Below the pieces are notes generated by a model. It ran no database searches and was not told the DNA's origin. It worked only from the letters and a program-made list of their open reading frames with translations. A stretch of 64,000 nt of DNA from Macrostomum lignano. Taxonomy: Eukaryota. Numbering within the stretch: position 1 is the first letter of the stretch; every line of letters begins with the position of its first letter. The translations under genes and the position numbers were made by a program. The DNA lies in the NCBI GenBank assembly GCA_002269645.1, contig NIVC01001280.1:62001-126000 (forward strand), given 5' to 3'. Below, piece after piece: positions 12,501 through 23,619 of this stretch.

Positions 12501-15500
12501 CGCTGTGCTGCACCGCCTGCTTGGTGACCGCGAGCTGGCGCTGTTCGACGGCACCCGCCTGCTGCGGCACGACCGCTACGACCGACTCAAGGCCGACCAC
12601 GGCTGGTCCGACTCTGACATGGCCGCCCGCCGCTTGCTGCGCATCCACCCCGGCTTCCGGGTTGTGGGCCTGGGTGAGCTGTCCCCCGCCAAGCAGCAGG
12701 CCAACCAGTGGCTCAGCGATGAGATGCTTACCGCCTTTCTCTTCCACTCCGTGCGAGCCCTGTCAGCTGATGAAGAGGCCGGGCTGCTGATGAAGGTGCG
12801 ATTCAATTTTTTTACAATTTCTTGAGTAAAATCTGAGATGTTACAGTTTAGCCAAGTTTCAATGGTGCTGCAATACTGCACATGGAGTTCAGACAGTGGA
12901 AGCGACCGAAATGTTTACTTTCAAGTGCGTAGATTCCTAGTGCATCGATAGACTCCCCAACCCGAACTCGCAGTCCGTGCCGAAGCCTGGATACCCAGCT
13001 CACCCATTCCTCATCTCTCCAACCCCGCAGCTGGTACCAAACTCGCAGTCCGTGGAGCCGTCCGTCAAGCGGCTCGTCGGCTTCGCACACCGGCTGCGCG
13101 ACTCCTCGGATCCGTCTCACGTGAGCCTGGCGGGCAGCCTTTCCACCCGCCAGCTGCTGCGGCTCTCCCGCTGCGTAGCCGCAGATCCGCAGGTGAATTT
13201 GCGTGAACTGCTGGAGCGGGCCTGTCTGTCCCGCTTCCTGCCCCGCCTGGCGGCGCAGACTCTGGCTCAGTGTCTCGATGAAGCCGACTTCAAGCCGCCC
13301 GACAGCGCCGCGGCCGAGCAGCCAATCACGTGAGCCGGCCGTTGTGGAAACCCTGCACCAAATCAGATAGCTGTTCAACTGAACCTTTTAGTGTTGAGCC
13401 TGCAGCTGTCACTCTTCCATCAAGATTGCCCAGCTCTGACGGAACTGGCACAATCTATCATATTGTGCTGAGGTGTAGAAAGTTGTACATTAAGTGGGAT
13501 AATGTGTAAACAATGACACATTGGGAATGGAACTGGCACAATCTATCATATTGTGCTGAGGTGTAGAAAGTTGTACATTAAGTGGGATAATGTGTAAACA
13601 ATGACACATTGGGAATGGAACTGGCACAATCTATCATATTGTGCTGAGGTGTAGAAAGCTGTACATTAAGTGGGATAATGTGTAAACAATGACACATTGG
13701 GAATGGAACTGGCACAATGGCTAGGCAATGTGCCAAATAGAATTTAAGCCCCAGTATTCGGTCCAACCCAAGCTTCCAGCATCAAGTATGTCGCTTCCTC
13801 CGCGCCTCTTCCAGCTGCTCCGTCAGCTCTGACGGAACGCGAATTCATATCGGCTCGGCAAGCGCACATCTTCCACCTGAGCTGCGCAACGAGATGAAGA
13901 TCCCGGAGACTCTGTTCTACGACAACCAAACCCACATGCGCGTGCTGGAGGCCATGCTGAGGGACTTCAGCATTGGCGAGCACCTGCTTCTCATTGGCAA
14001 CCAGGGGGTTGGCAAAAACAAGCTGGCCGATCACTTCCTGCGGCTGCTGCGGCGACCCCGCGAGTACGTGCAGCTGCACCGGGACACCACCGTGCACAGC
14101 CTCACCCTGCAGCCCACCGTGCTGGACGGCCGCATCGCCTTCCAGGACTCCCCGCTGGTCCGCGCCTGCCGCTTCGGTCACGTGCTGGTGGTGGACGAGG
14201 CCGACAAGGCGCCCACTCACGTGACCTGCGTGCTCAAGACACTGGCCGAGTCCGGCGAGATGGCGCTGCCGGACGGCCGCCGCATCGTCCCGGCCGGCTG
14301 GGCTGGGCCGCAGTCTCCGGGCGTCATCCGCACCCATCCCGACTTCCGCCTGCTGGTGCTGGCCAACCGGCCCGGCTTCCCCTTTCTCGGCAACGACTTC
14401 TTTGGAGCACTGGGTGACACCTTCGCCTGCCACCCGGTGGACAATCCGCAGCTGGACTCCGAGCTGCACATGCTGGCCCAGTACGGTCCCGATGTGCCGC
14501 AGCAGGTGTTGCAGAAGCTCGTCAGCATGTTTGCTGACCTCAGAGCCATGTCTGACGAAGGCAACCTGCAGTACCCTTATTCGACCAGGGAGCTCGTCAA
14601 TATTGTGCGACACCTGCAGGTGAGTTTAGATTTGTATTCTAGCGTCAAGTTCTGCATCTATTCTTTTTTAGCTGCACCCATTCACTCTTTGCTGCACCCA
14701 CTCACACTGGTACACCCATCCACACTTTGGTATACCCATTCACTCTTGGGTACACCCATGCACACTTTTTTGCACCTATTCACACTGCTGCATCCATTCA
14801 CACTTGGGTACACCCATCCACACTTTGTTGCACCCACTCACTCTGGTACACCCATTCACTCTTGGGTACACCCGTTCACTCTTGGGTACACCCATTTACA
14901 CTTTGCTGCATCCAATTACTCTTGGGTACACCCGTTCACTCTTAGGTACGCCCCATTCACACTTTGCTGCACCCATTCGCTCTTGGGTATACCCATTCAC
15001 TCTTATGTACGCCTCATTCACTTCCGGGTCAACCCATTCACTCTGGTACCCATTCACTACCGGTCATACCGATTCACTCTCGGGCACTCCGCCATCCAGT
15101 ATCTGTTACGTTCCCTGGTTCGCTCCGCCTTGCAGAAGTTCCCTGGCGAGCGCCTCTCTTCGGTGCTGCAGAACGTGTTTGACTTCGACTCACACAACCC
15201 GGAGCTGCGGTCCACCCTGGCGGATGTGCTCACCAAGCACGGCATTCCTGCCGAGTCGGTCGGTCACCACAATGTGAAGCTGAGCAAGCAGTAAGATTCC
15301 CGTTAACTTCTGATTTCTCCGCTATCTCTGCTCCTGCGATCATTGCATGTGACACCATTGGCTGCTGTCCTTCCTCCGAGAGTCATAAATTTATTTGAGG
15401 GCGCGGCTGACATTGCTGTGACCTTTGTTCTTTGTTATGCGTAATTTAAATCGATTTTATTGGCATTGAAAATTTGCTAAATTTCCTGTAATATCAGCGA

Positions 15501-18500
15501 GGTGCTGCAAATATACTTGAGCTGTTATTTGCTGTCACTGCGACTCTCGCTTGAAGGACAGCTGCTTTCATTATCGTGCAAGTCTTAATGTCGAATTCTG
15601 TATTGCTTTGGTTCTTGTCCGTTTTCCCACATTGAGTGAGCAGTTTGTCCAGGTAAACGATTCGGAGCTCACGAAACTGCAATTAGAGTGACCCAAATTA
15701 AAATACGAGCGTGAAAGTGCCAATAGTTTCACTCCGGCAAGATGCAACAGCTGAATTTTACAGTTGTATTTGAAATCAAGTCTAACAATGCAGTAAGCTG
15801 TATTTGTATAAGTAGTGCTCATATGCAAGCGACCGGAGCATTGCCAGACTTCAGACAGTATATACATTACCTTGCAACCTGTCTGAGTCATGCAGCCCAC
15901 TGCATCGGTTGCAGACTCCCGCTGCCCAGTCCTGTGCTGCTCGGCAGCAGCAACCTGCTCCCGGCCAATCGGTTCAGCCCCTTCCTGACGGCGGCACAGA
16001 GCCAGTTTCACCTCAAGGGGCCCGCCGACCTGCCAGTCAGCTCAATCAGGCTGGACGGCGGCTCGGGTCGCAGTGAGCACTTCAGCGAGCTCGAGTCCTT
16101 TGCCTGCATTCCGCTCGATGATACTGATGGACTGGCTGACATTTGCGTCACCTGCTGTGAGTATGAGCGACACGACATCGCAGTCCTGCTGTATGAGTGA
16201 AATCTGAACCAGCTTAGTTGCTTTGTTAGTTTACAGGGCTGCGCACTGCCGCAAATCAAGGCGACATTCGAGCTAGCGGGGAAGCAAGTAGTTATGCACA
16301 TTCTGTTGGAGCCCTGAGCACGCTTGTGCACATGGGTACGCACTCCGGCACACAAATGTAGGATGTACAGCGGCCCTGACTTTTCATCGTCCGGAATGTA
16401 CACACACTGCCTTGGGGGGTCGGCCTTCATGGGCGAAGCTTCAGGTCAATTTCCCAGAGGAAGCCCAAATTAAAGGTGGTCGAACGAATTTCAAACCAAT
16501 GTGCTTTGTACTTTGGCGCGAGAGTCAGCGTTACTGCTGAGCTACTTACTGTGCGTCTCTGCATAAGCTTAGGGATGCCACCCCCTGTATTGGCCTCTGC
16601 AGTATGCTTGGCACAGGTGCTGAGTGCTATCTGTGAGCATCTATGAGTATGAGTGAAAACTGCTTCATGGGTGTGTGATATGCGATCTCGGTGATGCACA
16701 CTGCCAATCGATCCCATTCTCAGCTGACGATGGCAGCCACAGGCTGGTCCACCTGGCCACGATCAACCCCGTGCGGGTCTACTCGATGGTCCCAGGATCC
16801 AGGACCGCCAAGGTGTTGGACTTCACGGAGATTTTTCCCGACACTGGCCACTTCTACAAGCCACGGGTGCACCTGCTGTCTCTGGAGAAAACCATGCCGC
16901 ACTGCTTCCTGCTGCACGAGGAAATGGTGCGACTGCGTTCATTGCAGCACGGGTTTGCAGCTTTCTGTAGCCTGCTCATGCTCACTCATTCCATCACATT
17001 GCACATTGCCGTCCCCGTCCCCAGAGCTGAGCACCCAGCCATCGCTCTACAGACCCATGCCCTTCACCAGAGCTGAGCACCCAGCCATCGCTCTGCAGAC
17101 CCATGCCCTTCACCAGAGCTGAGCACCCAGCCATCGCTCTGCAGACCCATGCCCTTCACCAGAGCTGAGCACCCAGCCATCGCTCTGCAGACCCATGCCC
17201 TTCACCAGAGCTGAGAACCCAGCCATCGCTCTGCAGACCCATGCCCTTCACCAGAGCTGAGCACCCAGCCATCGCTCTGCAGACCCATGCCCTTCCCCAG
17301 AACTGAGCACCCAGCTGTCACTCCGACCAATGCTCTGGCCCCAGAACTGAGCACCCAACTTTCACTCCGCAGACCAATGTGCTTCTCCTAGTGGACGCAG
17401 GTAAACGCCAGGTGTCCCGGGTGAAGTCGCAGGGCCTGCCGGAGCACCCCTTGGCCAGCGGCAGGAACCTATGGCGACGGCCGACGCTCGCCAAGGGCAG
17501 CTCCTTTCGCCTGGCCGATTCGCTGGGGCTGGACGGCAGTCCCGTGATGTTCCAGCAAGGAAGGTGCGGCCACAAAAGAAACTCTTCAATTTGATTTGCA
17601 ACTTACCAGTACAAGTCTTCGTTTGCTTTCAGAGACCACGTTGAGCTGCTGGACCTGAGGGGCGGCTGGTCTCTCAGTCTGCAGCTTCCGGCGCCTATCA
17701 GCAACCTGCAGCCGCTGTCCGAGACCTCCTGGATCGTGCAGTTTGTCAACAATGACAGGTTGGTTGCGTGGGCTCTGAGCAATATGTTTTTTGCAGCGGT
17801 TGGAGAGATTTCTACTTTCTTTTTATAATGCCAGCATATTCTCTATTGCAGCCGGCACATTCCATAGTTGTAGCCGGCACATTCCATAGTTGCAGTCAGC
17901 ACATTCCATAGTTGTAGCCGGCACATTCCATAGTTGCAGTCAGCACATTCCATAGTTGCAGCCAGCACATTCCAGAGTTTCAGCCAACACATTCCATAGT
18001 TGCAGTCAGCACATTCCATAGTTTCAGCCAGCACATTCCATAGTTGCAGCCAGCACATTCCATAGTTGCAGCCAGCACATTCCATAGTTGCAGCCAGCAC
18101 ATTCCATAGTTGCAGCCAGCACATTCCATAGTTGCAGCCAGCACATTCCATAGTTGCAGCCAGCACATTCCATAGTTGCAGCCAGCACATTCCATAGTTG
18201 CAGTCAGCACATTCCATAGTTGCGGCCAGCACATTCCAAGGTTACAGCCATCAAATTTCTGCTTGCAGCCAGCACATTCTGCTGCAGTCGCCGCAGGAGC
18301 TTCATCAGTTCAGCCTGCTGCAGCTGGAGCAGCCGGAGCTGCTGCCACAGAAGATCCAGTGGGCCTGCCCGCTGTCGACGGACTTGCCGTCGCTTCGAGT
18401 CCAGCCGGAGACGCAGTTGTCAGCCGTGTCGGCAGCCGGCGGCGGCCACTTGTCGGTGCTGAGCCTGGCGCCGCCAAATGCAGAGGGTCTTCACCAGCTG

Positions 18501-21500
18501 AGCCTGCACCGGATCGACTCGCTCACTCATAAACCTCCCGCTGCTGCTGCGGCGCAGGTGGGCTTCGCAGAAGTGCTGAACAATCTTTTCCTGACTTGCT
18601 AGTTTGCTAGCTTAAACTTTTAATGTCTTCTGAACTCGTGGGCTGGCACAGTATGGGGCTAGCACAGTATGGGGCTAGCACAGTATGGGGCTAGCACAGT
18701 GTGGGGCTAGCACAGTATGGGGCTAGCACAGTATGGGGCTAGCACAGTATGGGACTAGCACAGTGTGGGGCTAGCACTGTATGGGGCTAGCACAGTATGG
18801 GGCTAGCACAGTATGGGACTAGCACAGTATGGGACTAGCACAGTATGGGGCTAGCACTGTATGGGGCTAGCACAGTATGGGGCTAGCACAGTATGGGGCT
18901 AGCACAGTATGGGGCTAGCATATTTTGGGGCTAGCACAGTATGGGGCTAGCACAGTATGGGGCTAGCACAGTATGGGGCTAGCACAGTATGGGGCTAGCA
19001 CAGTATGGGGCTAGCACAGTATGGGACTAGCACAGTATAGGGCTAGCACAGTATGGGACTAGCACAGTATGGGGCTAGCACAGTATGGGGCTAGCACAGT
19101 ATGGGACTAGCACAGTATGGGGCTAGCACAGTATGGGGCTAGCACAGTATGGGGCTAGCACAGTATGGGACTAGCACAGTATGGGACTAGCACAGTATGG
19201 AGCTAGCACAGTATGGGGCTAGCACAGTATGGGGCTAGCACAGTATGGGACTAGCACAGTATGGAGCTAGCACAGTATGGGACTAGCACAGTATGGGACT
19301 AGCACAGTATGGAGCTAGCACAGTATGGGGCTAGCACAGTATGGGGCTAGCACAGTATGGGGCTAGCACAGTATGGGGCTAGCACAGTATGGGACTAGCA
19401 CAGTATGGGACTAGCACAGTATGGGGCTAGCACAGTATGGGGCTAGCACAAAATGAGGCCAGCACAATGAGTCCTTTTGAGTCTTAATCAGCTGCATGAC
19501 GTCTCACGCCCACTGCCCGCCGCCTCCCGCCAGGCACGAACTCGCGATCCGATGTTCGGCTCTGGATCTGGCGGGCTTGCAGACCCTCGGTTCAGCCAGT
19601 TCTGCCTCCTGCCCGATGGCCGCAGCCTCGTGCGCTGCCGCCCCACTGACCAGGTGCCACCGGAAGCGTTCGGCAACCGGCAGCCGGCCATCGGCACGGC
19701 CGGCGTCTTGGAACTGACAGACCTGGCGGCCAGCACCGTCAGCTACCTGCCGGTGGAGCCGCCAGGACCGGCTGTGCACCGGCTGGCCAGCCGGCCCGCC
19801 TCCTGGTTGGTGTCCGACCTGCCGCGGCTGCTGGCGCAGACTGCTGGTGGCGACCTCGTCTCCGCTGATCAGTCCGGCTCCGTCTGCTTCTGGCAGGTAG
19901 CGCCGGCGGGCCTGGAGACGGCGCTGGCCGAGTGGCGCCGGTTGCTTGGCGATGAAAAATCGGCGCTCGGTGGCGGATCGCGTCAGATGCTGATCGAGCG
20001 GCAGCTGCCGCCGGGCTCCAGCAGCCTGTCGGGGCCGAAGCAAGGCAAAGTGGACCCCACCGGGGCGCCGCACGTGGGCGGCAATATGTGGGCCGGTGGC
20101 ACCGGTGGCCGCGACACGGCTGGTCTGGGAGGAGTTGGCGGGCCGTACCGGCTGGATGCGGGCCACCACGTGTATCAGGTGCCCGACGAGATTAAGCGGG
20201 CCGTGCCACCTGAGGTGAGCTGATCTGAGGGGTGTCGCGTGTCGGTGAGCTGCAATTTCTGTGCTCCTGTGTCTTATCTGTCGGTCAAAACTCGTTGCAG
20301 ATTTCGGAGGCCGCACGCGAGATGGCCCGCAAGGCGTGGCGGGAACGGCTGCGCGAGATCGAGATGTCCGAGCACGACGGCGAGCTGTACGACACCTACC
20401 TGCGCCGAGTGCGGCCGCAGGTGTCCTCACTGAGGGCGATGCTGCAGTCACTGGAAGCCAAAGGGAAGGAGCGGGACTGGCTGCGGCATCAGGTGAGCTT
20501 TGGCCTCTTGAATTCTTTTATGTCCTGATTTGCTTGGTAGTTACAATTTTTTACTACAGAAGAGTAGGTTTCAGAAAACTTTTGATCCCCCCTTTGTAAT
20601 AAAATTCACCCGAAAAGACAGTTTTCCCTTGTTTGAGAACACCGACACACCGCGTCTTGTTAAATTCTTATGTTCACGAGCAATGATTATTGTACAACGA
20701 TTTATTCGTTATTCGTAAGGAATAACTTACAGTTCCGCATATTTTTACCACTAGAAATCTCTTTTTCGTGTTAAAGTACCATTGGACTGTCAGACTGACG
20801 GACAGACCAAATAGACGGTATGCCACAAAGGCAGCAGCAGCCCGGTAGGCAATGGTGTAAGACAAGCTCAGCCCCACACAGCCTCGCCCCGTGATCTGTC
20901 TAAGACCACTGGCAAAGTAAAGCCCTGACGTAGCAGCACCTTTATGCAAGTGCGCACTACTAGCTGAATTTTTCTGAATCCATTTAGACGCAGGGTGATC
21001 TAGACGACGGCAAGCTGGTAGAGGGGCTGGTCGGCGAGCGTGCGGTCTACCGGCGCCGAGGCGAGCGGCCGCCGGAGCTCGGGACGCCTCCAGAGAAGCC
21101 GAAGCTGCTGCGGGTGCTGGTAGACGTGTCGGGCTCGATGTACCGCTTCAATGGCACCGACCAGCGTCTTGAGCGACAGCTGGAAGCCTGCCTGATGCTC
21201 ATGGAGGCCTTCGAAGGCTTCGAGACAAAATTTGCCTACGAGTTCCGCGGCCACAGTGGCGAGGGTCCCGACTGGAACTTCACCAGCGCAGTTCGGCCGC
21301 CAGCCAATCAGAAACAGAGGCTGGATGCTCTGAAGGCCATGCTGGCCCACTCTCAGTTCTGCATGAGTGGCGACCATACAGTAGAAGCCATCGACTGCGG
21401 TGTGCGGCAGCTTGCCACGGCCGAGGCGGACGAGCGCTTTCTCGTGGTCTTCTCAGACGCAAACCTGGACCGGTACGGCATTCATCCCAAGCAGCTGTCC

Positions 21501-21683
21501 CGGGCCCTCACCCAGGACGCCAGGGTCACCGCCTGCGCTATCTTTTTGGGCACCCTCGGCAATCAGGCGACCTTTTTGCGAGAGAGCCTGCCTAGCGGCC
21601 ACGCTTTTGTCTGCTTAGACAACGCCAGCCTGCCCCACATCCTGCAGCAGTTCTTTACTTCCACCTTGTTGGCTACCGACTGA
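6591..21683 (+). CDS. VWA8: von Willebrand factor A domain-containing protein 8 (KIAA0564-type; three AAA+ modules plus C-terminal VWA); at least 17 exons, start exon uncertain
   Basis: Frame-compatible exons: 6591-6674, 6757-6812, 6882-6956, 7031-7368, 8051-8396, 11950-12795, 13031-13329, 13815-14619, 15136-15290, 15915-16156, 16724-16926, 17373-17563, 17633-17758, 18269-18557, 19492-20214, 20301-20492, 20988-21683. Diagnostic VWA8 strings: QDVFLIGPPG, SDLKQRREI, LEGLEKAERNVLPVLNNLLENRE, GNPLDPPLRSRFQ, GPRGCGK, LIGNQGVGKNK, VVDEADKAP, PHVGGNMWAGGTGGRDTAGLGG, and MIDAS motif VDVSGSMYRF. Confidence 0.95.
7425..7707. repeat. Intronic minisatellite, about 29-bp unit (CCAGCCTACCCGCTACTGACCCTCCAGGT), about 9 copies
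   Basis: Period 29 seen directly (e.g. 7625 and 7654); lies in the VWA8 intron 7369-8050. Confidence 0.9.
8421..11794. repeat. Intronic satellite, 27-31-bp unit (TTTAGTTGGCGCAT(C/G)TCCCCTCCAATCCC), roughly 115 copies
   Basis: Period 29 (8461 and 8490), with a shorter variant TTAGTTGGCGCATCTCCCCTTCATGTC; fills almost all of the VWA8 intron 8397-11949. Confidence 0.97.
13441..13718. repeat. Intronic tandem repeat, 88-bp unit, about 3.2 copies
   Basis: GGAACTGGCACAAT recurs at 13441, 13529, 13617 and 13705; the copies are nearly identical. Confidence 0.95.
14665..15080. repeat. Degenerate about 20-bp intronic repeat (CACCCATTCACTCTTGGGTA-like)
   Basis: Many diverged copies within the VWA8 intron 14620-15135. 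Confidence 0.8.
17021..17386. repeat. Intronic minisatellite, 46-bp unit, 6 near-perfect plus degenerate copies
   Basis: CCAGAGCTGAGCACCCAGCCATCGCTCTGCAGACCCATGCCCTTCA at 17021, 17067 and onward; the last degenerate unit spans the acceptor at 17372. Confidence 0.92.
17846..18239. repeat. Intronic minisatellite, 22-bp unit (TTGCAGCCAGCACATTCCATAG), about 18 copies
   Basis: Direct periodicity; source of the spurious repetitive ORFs 17843-18234. Confidence 0.95.
18641..19450. repeat. Intronic minisatellite, 17-bp unit (GCACAGTATGGGGCTAG), about 47 copies
   Basis: Direct periodicity with GGGG/GGGA/GGAG and CACAG/CACTG variants; VWA8 intron 18558-19491. Confidence 0.97.
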
Positions 21684-22632
21684 ATGATTTAAGTACAAAG
21701 TACTTGAAAAGTAAAATTACTGACAATAATTACTTCGACTAGCCCAGTTTTTGTTGTTAGCTCAGGTAGAATCAGTAATAAATTCTTATCTGAAAGGCAA
21801 TTCTTGCGAAGCTATATGTATTTTTGCCATTCAACTCTTTTGGAAGCCTAGTTTTTCCTTAGTCTCATTTATAAGCTGGTTTAAACCATTGAGACGAAGC
21901 CAGACGAAGGCTAAAGCCTAAGAAAGCTGCAACAGGTAGGATTTTGCGTCCTGCCTGCACCTGCTCACGTCGGATAACAAAGAATTGAACTCGAAGCACG
22001 GTATTTCTGGGCCCAGGCTGCTGCGGTCTACAGCCCAGCCGAGGCAATGGCCATGCCTTTAGGCCCGCAGATGCGGGCGAGAGAAAAGTGAAGCCAGCGC
22101 CTACACTGTCTTTCTTTTTATTTAAAACACTGCAGAACAGGCGCGTGGGAACGAAAGTTCTTGTAAGCTACATAGAACAAATGCAAATTACGCAGCAAGT
22201 TTTAGCTGCAGCCGTCCTTCGCAAATGACTGCATTTTATGCAGTTCATAAAAGCCACCCAGCTGCAGCCAGTGACCAGTGAACGCAAACCTGCCAAAGTG
22301 CACAGCGAGCGAAACCGCTGGCCGCCAGAGGCAACCATCCTCCGACCGACCATGTAGAGGTGAACCAAGCGCGGTGCTTGGTCGATTTGTTTTGTCGGTA
22401 GCTATCGCATGAACACTTAAAGGAATGGGCACAGAACACTTAACTTTCCATCAAGCACTTTCGGAAGAAACACTCGCTGAACTCGGTCGCCGAACTGGTT
22501 GGTCTCTGAATGCCGCACGGTGAGCTCACAGTCGCACTCCGACAAGACGATGCTTGCTGCCGCAAGGTCGCCCTTCAGATAGAGCCGCTCCAATCGTGTC
22601 GTCACCTTTGGTAAAGTTGCGCGTCTGATGAA

Positions 22633-22916
22633 AAGCAAAATTAAGAACGTGAGCGCTATATCATTTTTGTTTGTTTCGCCTCGCGTCTGGCATCGTCAGG
22701 TTCTTAAAACTTAGTTACGATCTATTTGTTTATTTACTTATATTTACCAATTTAGACAATTTAGCTACTTGTAAATACCAATTTATAAGTATATTTACCA
22801 ATTTATAAACAAATAAATCGTAACTAAATTTTAAGAACCTGACTGATGACGATGCCAGACGCGAGGCGAAACATGTCGCATAAAAAATGATAGCGCTCAC
22901 GTTCTTAATTTTGCTT
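22633..22916. mobile_element. Foldback element with about 100-bp inverted arms and an AT-rich spacer
   Basis: Arm 22633-22733 (AAGCAAAATTAAGAACGTGAGCGCTA...TTTCGCCTCGCGTCTGGCATCGTCA...GTTACGA) is the reverse complement of 22805-22916, with a few indels. Confidence 0.8.
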
Positions 22917-23619
22917 GTCGTCACCTAGCTTCGCTTTCCGCAGCATACTCCACCAGGCTGCGTGAACTGCACAGAACGCGATGTCACTTCGATTTTTGGT
23001 TGCAGCTTGAGATCTGCGGCTCTAAGAGCGCTGCTGCCAGTTGAGACATCGGCGAATACCACGAACAGCTTGACCATCGGTGTTCACACATGTCTGGCCG
23101 ACCGAGGGCTCTGAAGTAAAGCGAGACCGCGTTCGCGTACGCCTAGTAACTCTGAAACACTAACAGCTGCGTGGACAACTCGGCCAGGTACCTGACCACG
23201 TGTACCGGTTGCGCTTGCGCCGAAGTAAAGTGCTGGGAGTTGCATAAACGCTGCAGGACGCGAGCTGTGATGGGTAATTTTGTTTCGTGCGGGGCGCAAA
23301 GGCGCTTTCGATTGTATCTGTTTTCAACGAATGTCTTGAAAGTCGCTATATCTATGTATGTTTTATCAGTCATTAAACGCCGCGGAATTTCTGCCACTGC
23401 CGTGAAAAGACGGGAAGTTAAACAGGACAGAATACTTCAAGTAGATTATTGCACAGCGTCTGAATTTCTAGCATTAGGTGAGATCACCTCGCTGAGTGTG
23501 CACAGTATGGGGCTTGACTTAGCTGCAGGGGGCGTCCGGCGGATGCATCGAGGAGGCGGAAGAGACCGCCCATTCCGCTAGCCCCTGGCGACCAACGACT
23601 TCCGTTGAAGTGGTGTCGC

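Noticed and set aside
17843-18234. Cys-rich repetitive ORFs (MECAGCNYGMCWLQLW)
   Set aside because: Translations of the 22-bp minisatellite, not a metallothionein-like gene.
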